Program-made: the position numbers and the translations under genes
The notes under the pieces: generated by a model
What the model saw: only the letters and a program-made list of their open reading frames with translations
Told to the model about the DNA's origin: nothing
Databases searched by the model: none
DNA from: the human T2T-CHM13v2.0 reference genome, Homo sapiens
Assembly (NCBI RefSeq): GCF_009914755.1
Contig: NC_060939.1
DNA length: 64,000 nt
Direction: 5' to 3' (one strand)
Shown: positions 46,870 to 58,899 of the stretch, piece after piece
Numbering within the stretch: position 1 is the first letter of the stretch
How the letters are laid out: every line of letters begins with the position of its first letter

Positions 46870-48760
46870 GTTGCCAGATAAGATGGAATAATCAAACACC
46901 ACCTTCTCTCTCCCACTAAAAATGCAGCTATAAAACCTAGACAGAATGCATAAGACAGGCATATGAGAAAAACCAATTGGCTAACAATAAAGTACCACTG
47001 AATGGGCAGTGAGGTTAACATTGTCTCCCCTGGTTCTCCTGCTGCTTGAAGAGCAAGTGTGTTGCAAGGAAGGATAATTAAAGCCCCAATTTTGTCATCA
47101 GAGGATCAAAAGGGAGACCCCAGTGGAACCAGAAGGTACTGGGGAGATATCAGATGGGGAGGAGCTCAGAAAAGTAACATCATGAAGTTGTTCATGAACT
47201 CCCAAGCTGCACACGTGTGGATCTGGTCCAAATCATACTAAAGGCTTTGAGAACTGAAATAATCAACACCCAGATTGCAGACTGGCCACTGAATGTCACA
47301 TACATGGGACAGATCCAAATAGCACTGCAAAGACTTTCTGAAAATTCATCTGCCATTAGAACCATAGCCTAAAGAGAGTTACAAATTGCAAATTCCCTGA
47401 AGCTAATTAGGTAGATTGCCTACCAAGCCAAAAATCACCAACATCCTCTTAGGATTTAAACAAGCCCTATCATCTTATAATATTCAAAATGTCTAGGATA
47501 CAATCCAAAATCATTCAGCATATGAAGTACTAGGAAAAAACTCAATCTAGAAAAGACAATTGACAGACACCAATGTTGAGATGCTACAAAAGTTGGAATT
47601 CTCTGAGACAGATTTTGAAGTACCTATTATAAAAATGTTCCAATAAGTAATCACAAACACTCTTGAAATGATGGAAAAACAAAGTCTCAGCTAAGAAACA
47701 GAAGATATTTCTTAAAGATCCAGATAAGAAGTTTAGAGCTGAAAAAGCAATAACCAGCATACAAAACTCTTCTAGCTTCCATAGACTCTAGTAAAATATC
47801 TTTTAAAAATTTAAAAACAATTCTGAAAAAGAATAAAAAACTCACTGATGGGCTCAAGGGCAGAATGAAGTCATCAGAGAAATGAGTCAGTCACCCTGAA
47901 GATAGATTAGTATACATTACCCAATGTGAACAAAAGAGGGAAAAAATAAAAAGACTGAAAAAAAGTCAGTAAAGCCTCAGGGCCCTAGGGAAAATATCAA
48001 AAGTTGTAACACCCTGATCTTGAGGAGTAGAATGCTAAGAAAAAAAAAAAAAATTAAGAAATAATGGCTGTAATAGTTGGTGGTGGTGGCACACATCCAT
48101 AATCCCAGAACTTTGGGAGGCTGAGATGGGCAAATTGCTTGAGCCCAGGAGTTCAAGACCAGCCTGGGCATCATGGCAAAACCCCATCTCTACTAAAAAT
48201 ACAAAAAGTAGCCGGGCACAGTGGTGTGCACTTGTAGTCACAGCTACTCAGGAGGCTGAGGTGGGAGGATCACTTGAGCCTGGGAAGCAGAGGCTGAAGT
48301 GAGCTGAGATCATGCCACTGCACTCCAGCCTGGGCAATGCAGTGAGACTCTGTCAAAAGAAAGAAAAAAAGAAAGAAAGAAAGGAAGGAAGGGGAAAAAA
48401 AGAAAGATGAAAGAAAGGAAGGAAAGAAGAAAGGAAGGGAGAGAGGAAGGAAGCAAGGGAAGGAGGAAGGAAATTTCCCAAATTTGGCTAAAGATATAAA
48501 CTCCAATTCAAAAGGTTCAGAGACCCCCCAAATTCAGGAAGTTCAGAGACCCTCAAATATGATAAATCCAAAGAAATCCATGCCCAGGCACATCATAGCT
48601 AAAATGGAAAAAACTAAAAGATATACAGTAAAAACCTCTAAAGTAACCAGATAGAAACCACGTATCACCTATAGAGGTGCAACAATTCAAATGTCTGTAG
48701 ATTTCTCATCAGAAACCATGGAAGTTAGAAAGAAGTGGAACAACATTATTTAAGTGCTGA
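46870..48760 (+). mobile_element. Old L1M 5'/ORF1 fragments containing an Alu (48077-48355) and a GA-rich tail (48355-48472)
   Basis: GATTTCTCATCAGAAACCATGGAAG L1 ORF1 motif; Alu dimer. Confidence 0.65.
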
Positions 48761-49098
48761 AAGATCTGCCTCTGTTTCATCATTCAAGTCTCAGCTAAAA
48801 TAGTACCTCCTCAGAAATCTTCCCCAGGCACCTTACGTCTGCCCACATGAATTTACTGATACACCCTATATTATTAATGGTCTTTATCTCTTCCTGAAAT
48901 TAAGTTGTTTACCTTTTTAGTATCTGTCCCACCATACCAGAGAGCAGGGAACTGGTCTAATTCCTTGCTGTATTCCCAGCACCTAGGAGAAGGGACAGTT
49001 AAGCGCTCATAAATATGTTAAAATAATTAATGGAGCAACAATTGGTATGAGCCTTGAAGAATAAGAATACACTAAACAAAGTAAAAGAGGAACAAACT

Positions 49099-49478
<380 letters not shown>

Positions 49479-49904
49479 TCAAGTGGTTAGAGCACAGGAA
49501 GCACAGAGTGAGTGATAAGAGAGGCCTAGAAAAAGACTGGAAAGCAGGGGAGCGATTGGATCCAATCTGTATTTTAAAACGTACACACAATGAGGTATTT
49601 ATTCATATTCTGTCTCCTTCTGAAAAGGTTCCAAATGCCTTATATAAGTATATATAATACCCAGTCAAGTTAAAAATGTACATACCTCCATGACTGAGCA
49701 AGTTTCTCAAACTGCTAGTCACACCTCATGAATAGAGCCTTGGATCAATTTAGTGAATAGTATTACGGACATTTTAAAAAATGAAATAGAAAGTATCAAG
49801 CTATCATATATTGCAATGGTAAGCACTGTTTTGTAAAACGTTTATTTCAATTATATTGGAGTTACATGCACTGAGTAAAGACATAAAATGTATACTGATC
49901 TAGA

Positions 49905-50220
49905 CTAGAGCAAGAGTCTGCAAACTACCGCCCTCAGCCCAAATCTAGCCCATCTCTCACCTCCTGGATTTTTTGGGGTCTCACTCTGTCGCCCAGGCTG
50001 GAGTACAGTGGTACCACCATGGACCTCCCTGGCTCAAGTGATCTTTCTGCCTTGATCTCCCAAAGTGCTAGGATTACAGGCATGAGCTACCACACCTGAC
50101 CCCTACCTCCCAGTTTTTGTAAATGAAATTTCACTGGAACCCTCCCATACCCAGTCATTTACATATTGCTTTTGCCCTACATAGGCAGAGTTGAGCAGCT
50201 GAGATGAAGATCTTACTTAT
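49905..50220. mobile_element. MER58-like hAT MITE with inserted Alu monomer
   Basis: GCAAACTAC...GCCCAAATCTAGCC and GGCAGAGTTGAG motifs around an Alu fragment. Confidence 0.55.
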
Positions 50221-50734
50221 GTTTATGGCCCTCATTAGATGGTGATGTCCCACCGACCAGTACGCAAACACTATATTCTGTATGCTCATCACAGTGTTTG
50301 ACACATGGTAAGCCTCCCTTCTTGAACACTGGACCTGTCTAACGGGAAGTTCTGTGTCAACTCAGGCATCCACAGGGACTATTCCCTCTGCCTGGAATGC
50401 ATTTCCCCTGCCCCTTGCTGTAACTTCTCAAGTTGCAGCTTAAGTGCAGTCTCCTTTAGGAAGTGTTCCCTGACCATCCTATCTAAAACAGGACTCCCGT
50501 TATTATTACATTTTGTCTTCTCCATAGTAATCACTGCAAGTTGTATTTACACTTTCACTTGCATGCTTGTGTTTAATGTCTGATTCCCTTGCTACCCTGT
50601 ACTCTCCAGACAGGAAGTAACCAGGTCTACCTCGGTCATGCGGTATTTTCAGAGCCTAGCACTGGGACTGGCACATGGTAGGCATTTGGTACTTTATGGA
50701 ACGAAAGAAGAAAGCCTGACTGAATTGGGACACT

Positions 50735-51242
50735 TGTAATGCCCAAACTGGTTTTTACTAACTCTGTTTTTAGACTCTCCCTTAGCTAAGAGAGCCAGAC
50801 AGACTCCATCTTGGCTCTTTCACTGGCAGCCCCTTCCTCAAGGACTTAACTTGTGCAAGCTGACTCCCAGCACATCCAAGAATGCAATTAACTGATAAGA
50901 TACTGTGGCAAGCTATATCCACAGTCCCCAAGAATTCATCTGATTGATAACACCCAAAGCCCCACGTCTATCACCTTGTAATAGTCATAAAGCCCCTGCA
51001 CCTGGAACTGTTTACTTTCCTGTAACCATTTATCCTTTTAACTTTTTGACTACCTAACTTCTGTAAAATTGTTTTAACTAGACCCCCCCTCCCCTTCCTA
51101 AACCAAGGTATAAAAGTTAATCAAGCCCCTTCCTCAGGGCTGAGAGAATTTTGAGCATTAGCCGTCTCTCGGTCACCGGCTAGTAAAGGACTCTTAATTA
51201 GTCTCAAAGTGTGGCGTTTTCTCTAACACCCCGGGTACAACA
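50735..51242 (+). repeat. 5' LTR of HERV-T provirus
   Basis: 508 bp; TATAAAA at 51109-51115; poly(A) signal reads AGTAAA (51182-51187); followed by the PBS. Confidence 0.92.
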
Positions 51243-51245
51243 TAA

Positions 51246-51263
51246 TGGAGGCCCCAGCGAGAA
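51246..51263 (+). other. Primer binding site (tRNA-Thr)
   Basis: TGGAGGCCCCAGCGAG 3 nt after the LTR end. Confidence 0.85.
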
Positions 51264-53078
51264 ATTAATGCCACTGGGTGAGAGTTGGTCTTGCTCCGGG
51301 CTCCCCCGGAAGGACGGCCGGCTCAGAGGGGGTTACCACCTGAGGAAAGAATTTTCAGGTCCCCAAACAGTGACCACCTTCCGGAGGAGAGTGGATCGAC
51401 TACCATGTCAGTGCCTTAAAATTCAACATCTGAGTCCTCAGCTTCTCACCCCGGGGTCAGGTAGGTCAGATTTGACTTTGTTCTGGTTCTGGTAAGAGGG
51501 AAGTGGCCCTGACGAGGGCATCCCTCTTTTGACTCAGCCCGTTACTCTAGGACGCTACTGGGTTGAGCCTTGGTTTTCTGGTAGGCGCCTCTGTGTCTTG
51601 GTTTAGGTGGGAAGTGGTCCTGATCAGGCCCCTCCCTTGGACTTAGCTGAAGACCCAGGATGCTGGGGAGCTGAGCCTTGGTTTCTGGCAGACCGCTCTC
51701 TCTCTCTCTCTCTCTCTTTCTCTTATTCAAGTTTCTTGGAGAATCTCCAGGAAAGAAAAAAAAAACTGTTATAAACTCTGTGAATGGTGAGTGACTGTGG
51801 GAGGACAAAGGCTTGCATTTGTCTTCCAGTTTGTAGCTCCACGGCGAAAGCTACACAGTTTGAGTGGGCCCTCACCTGCAGTTCTGGGGCGACCTCACAA
51901 GGCTTAAGGCAGCATCGGACATAGCTCGATCCAAGCCGGGGGTTTATACCGGCCTGCCAATGCTAAGAGGAGCCCAAGTCCCCTCAGGGGAAGTGACCAG
52001 GTGGGCATCTGACTGATCCCATCACGGGAGGGCCCCCCCTTGTCTGTCTAAAAAAAAAAAAAAAAAAAAAAAGGAAAAAACTGTCAAAACTGTTTACCTG
52101 CCCTAGGGTCAAATTGTTTGTTTTATGTTTATTTTTCTGCTTAGTGTTTATTGTCTTGTTTAGTGGTTGTCAAGGTTTTGCATGTCAGGACGTCGGTATT
52201 GCCCAAGACGTCTGGGTAAAAACTTCTTCAAGGTCCTTAGTGCTGATTTTTTTGTCACAAGAGGTTAAATTTCTCATCGGTTGTTCAGGCTGGCCACCAC
52301 AGTCCTGTCTTTTCTGCCAGAGGCAAGTAAGGTGTTGTTACAGGAATGAGTGTGAAGAACATTCATCTGATTGAAATCTCTGGCACCATGGAAGTTGTGG
52401 GCATTTAGATTGCCATACCCCACATCCAAGTGATTGGACCTCCTCTAGATTAAACCGGTGGTGGGTTCAAAACAGCCACCCTGCAGATTTCCTTGCTCAC
52501 CTTTTTTGTCATTCTGTAACTTTTCCTGTGCCCTTAAACAGAACACTGTGTAGGGAAACCTACACCCGTCATGCTTTACTTCGTTTAGACTCCTACTCTG
52601 TTCCCCTGTGGCTACTCTCTCATCTTAAAAATGACCTGAGTGGTCCCTTTCCCCCTCGTCCCTGCCCCCTACTCTGCACATTTCGGTTTCCACTGCGACA
52701 GCAAGTTCAGTGTCTCCAGGACTTGGCTCTGCTCTCGCTCCTTGAACCCTTGAAAGAAAGAGCTAAATTTAAGCTATTTGCCTTTGAGTCATGGAGACAC
52801 CAAAGGTATTTAGGGTACAGATCTAGAAGAAGAGGGAGAACGCCTAGATCCAACTGACCCAGGAGACCTCAGGCTGGCCTCTAGTCCCCCTCCCTCAATC
52901 TTAAAGCTACAGCAATGTGGCAAGTGGTATTAGCTGTTGTGATTTTTCTGTTCTTTCTGGTTATGTTAATTCTGTTTTTCTGATACTCCAGCCCCCCAGG
53001 GAGTGAGTTTCTCTGTCCATGTTGGATCTGATACCTCTGCTCAAATTCTGTTAAATTGCCTTCTAAAAAAAAAAAAAA

Positions 53079-55556
53079 ATGGGAAACACTTCCTCCCAGC
53101 CTTGCAAGTGTTGGAGCCCCCTCCAATGTATGCTGGAAAATTTTTCTCTTGGTGTGGGGAAAAGCAAGAGAGATCAGATTGTTACTGTGTCTGTGTAGAA
53201 AGAAGTAGACATAGGAGACTCCATTTTGTTATGTACTAAGAAAAATTCTTCTGCCTTGAGATTCTGTTAATCTATGACCTTAGCCCCAACCCCGTGCTCT
53301 CTGAAACATGTGCTGTGTCAACTCAGAGTTGAATGGATTAAGGGCGGTGCAAGATGTGCTTTGTTAAACAGATGCTTGAGGGCAGCATGCTCCTTAAGAG
53401 TCATCACCACTCCCTAATCTCAAGTACCCAGGGACACAAAAACTGTGGAAGGCCGCAGGGACCTCTGCCTAGGAAAGCCAGGTATTGTCCAAGGTTTCTC
53501 CCCATGTGATAGTCTGAAATATGGCCTCGTGGGAAGGGAAAGACCTGACCGTCCCCCAGCCCGACACCCATAAAGGGTCTGTGCTGAGGAGGATTAGTAA
53601 AAGGGGAAGGAATGCCTCTTGCAGTTGAGACAAGAGGAAGGCATCTGTCTCCTGCCTGTCCCTGGGCAATGGAATGTCTCGGTATAAAACCCGATTGTAT
53701 GCTCCATCTACTGAGATAGGGAAAAACCGCCTTAGGGCTGGAGGTGGGACCTGCGGGCAGCAATACTGCTTTGTAAAGCATTGAGATGTTTATGTGTATG
53801 CATATCTAAAAGCACAGCACTTAATCCTTTACATTGTCTATGATGCAAAGACCTTTGTTCACGTGTTTGTCTGCTGACCCTCTCCGCACAATTGTCTTGT
53901 GACCCTGACACATCCTCCTCTTTGAGAAACACCCACAGATGATCAATAAATACTAAGGGAACTCAGAGGCTGGCGGGATCCTCCATATGCTGAACGCTGG
54001 TTCCCCGGGTCCCCTTATTTCTTTCTCTATACTTTGTCTCTGTGTCTTTTTCTTTTCCAAATCTCTCGTCCCACCTTACGAGAAACACCCACAGGTGTGT
54101 AGGGGCAACCCACCCCTACATCTTGGTTTTTCAGAGAATTACGGAGTCTGCCTTTAAAAAGGCAAGCTCCGGACACTCTGTGAAGTAGAATGGCCAAGGT
54201 TTGGAGTTGGGTGGCCCTCTAAAGGATCATTGAATCCTACAATTGTTCAAGCCGTGTGGCGGGTTGTTACTGGAACTCCTGGCCACCCTGATCAGTTTCC
54301 CTATATCAATCAATGGTTAAGTTTGATTAGAAATCCTCCTCCATGGCTCCGTTCATGTGCCATTCACAATTCCACCTCCAAAGTCCTCCTGAACCAGGCC
54401 GTGTTTTCACCTCGACCCTCAGCCAGTTCGGCTCCCCCTGTTTTGCCTCCCTCTGAAGAAGGGAGGACATGTCTCTTCGAGGAGACGTCCCCTGTGGGCT
54501 CACCGCCCAATTGCCTCCCGGCTGTGACCGCGCTGGGAGGAAGCAGCCCCTCTACTACCACTGAGAGAGGCACAAGTTCCTCCAGGTGATGAGCGCTCAG
54601 CCCCCTTCCTGTTTTATGTCCCTTTTTCTACTTCTGACTTGTATAACTGGAAAACCCATAATCCTCCCTTCTCTGAAAAGCCTCAGGCTTTGACCTCACT
54701 GATGGAGTCCATGCTCCAGACCCATCGACCCACCTAGGATGACAGCCAACAGCTCCTTTTAACTCTCTTTACCTCTGAGGAGAGGGAGCGCATCTGAAGA
54801 GAGGCCAGAAAACACTTCCTTGCATTAACCGGTAGGCCTGAGGAGGAAGCTAGAGACCTCCTGGAGGAGGTCATTCCCTCCACCTGGCCTAATTGGGACC
54901 CAAATTCCTCAGGTGGAAGGAGAGCCTTGGACGATTTTCACTGGTATCTCCTCACGGATATTAAAGGAGCCACTCAGAAGCCCATAAACTTGTCTAAGAC
55001 AACTGAAGTTGTCCAGGGGCCTGATGAGTCACCAGGAGCGTTTTTAGAATGTCTCCAGGAGGCTTATCGCATTTATACTCCTTTTGACCCGGTGGCTCCC
55101 GAAAATAGCCACGCTCTTAATTTGGCATTTGAGGCTCAGGCAGCCCTGGACATTAAGAGAAAGCTCCAGAAACTGAAAGGATTTACTGGGATAAATAACA
55201 GTCAGCTTTTAGAAATAGCCCAGAAGGTTTTTGACAATCGAGAGTATGAAAACAGAAACAAGCAACACAGGCAGCTGAAAAGGCCGCTGATAAAGCCTAT
55301 AAAAGACAAGCAAAAATCTTACTAATGGCTATCCAAGAGGGCAGAAAGGAAAGGCCCCCATTCCAGAAAAAATGGCCAAGGAACCTTGGGTTCCCACCAG
55401 AAAAGTAAAAGAGGTGAACAGGCCTCTCTAGGAAAAGACCAATGTGCCTATTGCAAGCAGACTAGGCACTGGAAAAAGGAATGCCCACTACTGCCACAAG
55501 AAAAGTCAGAAAACAAAAAGTTCTCACCCTGCCTGCAACAGAAGAGCCTGAATGAC
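53079..55556 (+). pseudogene. Disrupted gag (MA-CA-NC), interrupted by the LTR5 insertion
   Basis: MGNTSS start at 53079; GHPDQFPYI; major homology region VVQGPDESPGAFLECLQEAY; zinc knuckle CAYCKQTRHWKKEC; several stops and frameshifts. Confidence 0.88.
53153..54120 (+). mobile_element. HERV-K (HML-2) solo LTR5, probably LTR5_Hs
   Basis: TGTGGGGAAAAGCAAGAGAG...CCACCCCTACA, 968 bp, 6-bp TSD TCTTGG (53147-53152 and 54121-54126). Confidence 0.93.
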
Positions 55557-57365
55557 AGGGCCGTGAGATACTGTCATCTCTGGATATTGGGGTTTGCGGA
55601 GATTGCAAAGCCCTTGTATACTGCTATAAGAGGTAATGGCCCATTGATTTGGACAGACACCGAAGAACAGGCTTTTCAAAATCTGAAAAAGACTTTAACT
55701 GAAGCCCCTGCTTTAGGCCTCCCAGATACCTCAAAGCCTTTTCATCTGTTTGTCCATGAGAGCCAGGGAATTGCTAAGGGGGTGCTTACTCAGACTTTAA
55801 GACCTTGGAGACACCCAATGGCTTATTTATCTAAGAGGCTGGATCCTGTGGCCTCTGGATGGCCAAGTAGCAGCTAGAGCAAGCCTAGTCCAAGAAACTG
55901 ATAAGTTAATTCTGGGCCAGGATTTAACCCTTACAGCTCCTCATGCTGTAGAGACTTTACTACAAAGTGCTTCAGGTAAATGGATGTCAGATGCTTGCAT
56001 TTTACAATATCAGAGTTGTTGAATCAGCCTCGTTTGACTTTCTCTCCCACATGGTGTTTAAATCCAGCTACTATCCAAGACTGTAAGGAACTGTTAGAAA
56101 CTACCGAAACTGGCCGACCTGATCTTCAAGATGTGGCCCTAGAGAAGGCGGACGCCGCTGTGTTCACAGATGGTAGCAGCTTTCTCAAGCAGCGAGTATG
56201 AAAGGCCGGTGCAGCTGTTACCACGGAGACAGATGTGTTGTGGGCTCAGGCTTTACCAGCAAACACCTCAGTGCAAAAAGCTAAATTGATCGCCCTCACT
56301 CAGGCTCTCCGATGGGGTAAGGATAAACGTATTAACATTTACACTGACAGCAGGTACGCCTTTGCTACTGTGCATGTACATGGAGCCATCTACCAGAAGC
56401 GTGGGCTACTCACCTCAGCAGGAAAGGCTATCAAAAACAGATCAAGCAGCTCTCCAGTGCACAACCTGCGCCCAGGTAAATGCCAAGCAAGGTTCTAAAC
56501 CCAGCCTAGGCCACCGTCTCTGAGAAAACTCGCCAGAAGAAAAGTGGGAAATTGACTTTACAGAAGTAAAACCACACCGGGCTAGGTACAAATAGCTTCT
56601 AGTACTAGTAGACACCTTCTCCAGATAGACTGAAGCATTTGCTACCAAAAATGAAACTGCCAATACGGTAGTTAAGTTCCTACTCAATAAAATCATCCCT
56701 CAATATGGGCTGCCTGCTGCCGCAGGGTGATAATACACCTGCCTTCACCTCGTCCATAGCTCAGTGGGTCAGTTAGGCGTTAAACATTCAGTGGAAGCTC
56801 CATTGTGCCTATCGACCCCAGAGCTCTGGGCAGGTAGAACACATGAACCGCACCCTAAAAAGACACTCTTACAAAATTAATTTTAAAAACCGGTAAAAAT
56901 TGGGTAAGTCTCCTTCCTTTAGCCCTACTTAGAGTAAGGTGCACCCTTTATCAGGCTAGGTTCTCACCTTTTAAAATCATGTATGGGAGGGCGCCGCCTA
57001 TCTTGCTTAAGCTAAGAGATGCCCAACTGGCAGAAATATCACAAGCTAATTTATTACAGTACCTACAATCTCCCCAACAGGTACAAGATATCACCCTGCC
57101 ACTTGTTCAAGGAAACCATCCCAATCCAATTCCTAACCAGACGGGGTCCTGCCATTCGTTCCAGCCAGGAGAACTAGTGTTTGTTAAAAAGTTTCAGAAA
57201 CAAGGACTCACTCCTGCTTTGAAAAGACTTCACACCGTCATCCTCACGCCAATGGCTCTGAAGGTGGATGGCATTCCTGCTTAGATTCATCACTCCTGCA
57301 TCAAAAAGGCCAACAGAGCCCTACTAAAAACAGGGGTCCCCAGGCCTCGGTCAGGCCCCTTCTAA
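55557..57365 (+). pseudogene. Truncated pol (RT thumb/connection, RNase H, integrase)
   Basis: [58 protein letters not shown], integrase C-terminal LKVDGIPA; protease and RT catalytic core absent. Confidence 0.88.
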
Positions 57366-57369
57366 AACT

Positions 57370-58298
57370 GTGCCTAAGTCAGGACGTGTATTTGCAAACA
57401 CCACTTGGAGGGCCGGTACCTCTAAGGAAGTCTCCTTTGCAGTTGATTTTATGTATACTGTTCCCAAAGCCAGCCTGTACCCACGAAGAGCAACACAATC
57501 TGCTTGTCCCAAAAGCAGGAAGTGTCGACCTTGTAGCAGGATTTGGGTGCTCTGGGAGCCAAACTGGATGTGTGGAAGTGCCAAAGGTGCAGAAAAAGAA
57601 CTCCAAAATGTTGACTTTTACCTCTGTCCTGGGAATCACCCTGACGCTAGCTGTCGAGATACTTATCAGTTTTTCTGCCCTGATTGGACATGTGTAAACT
57701 TAGCCACCTACTCTGGGGGATCAACCAGATCTTCATTCGGTAACTCGTGCTTCTCATCCTAAATTATGTACTAAAAAAAAAATTGTAATCCTCTTACAAT
57801 AATATTACGGCATGTCATGGAAATTAACATTTTATATTCCAGGATTTGATGTTGGGACTATGTTCACCATCCAAAATAAATAAATAAATAATAGAAATAA
57901 AAATCCTGGTCTCATGGAGCCCACCCAAGCCAATCGGGCCTTTAACTGCTCTAGGTGACCCTATGTTCCAGAAACCCCCTGACAAAGTTGATTTAACTGT
58001 TCCTCCACCATTCTTAGTCATAAAAGATACCCTCCAAAAAGTTCGAGAATATCTAGATAGGCAACAACAGGAACGAGAAAATAACATCCCCTGGTATCAA
58101 AACATGTTCCACTGGAACCCCTGGCTAACTACTTTAATCACTGGGTTAGCTGGACCTCTCCTCATCATACTATTAAGTTTAATTTTTAGGCCTTGTATAT
58201 TAAATTGGTTTCTTAATTTTGTAAAACAATGCATAGCTTCTGTCAAACTTATGTATCTTAAGACTCCCCTTGTTAAAACTGAGGAATCAATGATTTGA
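57370..58298 (+). pseudogene. Internally deleted env (SU N-terminus joined to TM C-terminus)
   Basis: DFYLCPG...CPDWTCV SU motif, then WNPWLTTLITGLAGPLLIILLSLIF transmembrane segment; fusion peptide and immunosuppressive domain missing. Confidence 0.82.
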
Positions 58299-58322
58299 TT
58301 CCCCAAAAACACAAGTGGGGAA

Positions 58323-58831
58323 TGTAATGCCCAACCTGGTTTTTACTAACTCTGTTTTTAGACTCTCCCTTAGCTAAGAGAGCCAGACAGACTCCATCTT
58401 GGCTCTTTCACTGGCAGCCCCTTCCTCAAGGACTTAACTTGTGCAAGCTGACTCCCAGCACATCCAAGAATGCAATTAACTGATAAGATACTGTGGCAAG
58501 CTATATCCACAGTCCCCAAGAATTCATCTGATTGATAACACCCAAAGCCCCACGTCTATCACCTTGTAATAGTCATAAAGCCCCTGCACCTGGAACTGTT
58601 TACTTTCCTGTAACCATTTATCCTTTTAACTTTTTGACTACCTAACTTCTGTAAAATTGTTTTAACTAGACCCCCCCTCCCCTTCCTAAACCAAGGTATA
58701 AAAGTTAATCAAGCCCCTTCCTCAGGGCCGAGAGAATTTTGAGCGTTAGCGGTCTCTCGGTCACCGGCTAATAAAGGACTCTTAATTCGTCTCAAAGTGT
58801 GGCGTTTTCTCTAACACCCCTGGGTACAACA
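58323..58831 (+). repeat. 3' LTR of HERV-T provirus
   Basis: 509 bp; TATAAAA at 58697-58703; AATAAA at 58770-58775; followed by TSD CACT. Confidence 0.92.
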
Positions 58832-58899
58832 CACTAACTCACTGTGTGGTACTAAGTCCTTTACCCTTGCTGGGTCTCAGTTTCCCTATGGGAGAAGGT

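Larger units (their letters stand above)
50735..58831 (+). mobile_element. HERV-T/HERVS71-type gammaretrovirus-like provirus (LTR6-type LTRs), antisense in DET1 intron 1
   Basis: Two direct LTRs TG...CA (50735-51242, 58323-58831); 4-bp TSD CACT; PBS TGGAGGCCCCAGCGAG complementary to the tRNA-Thr 3' end; polypurine-rich tract before the 3' LTR; degraded gag/pol/env. Confidence 0.9.

Noticed and set aside
50217-50338. Candidate cassette exon in intron 1 (minus-strand gtaaga donor near 50216)
   Set aside because: Weak acceptor and no ATG in frame with exon 2; cannot be supported without transcript data.
51246-51263. tRNA-like sequence
   Set aside because: Only the short retroviral primer binding site; no cloverleaf or tRNA gene.
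55386-55877. 163-aa ORF fusing a zinc knuckle to RT-connection sequence
   Set aside because: Chance product of a deletion/frameshift in a dead provirus; TTG start, no evidence of a maintained gene.
57370-58298. Possible domesticated env (syncytin-like)
   Set aside because: Split into short ORFs; fusion peptide and immunosuppressive domain not found.
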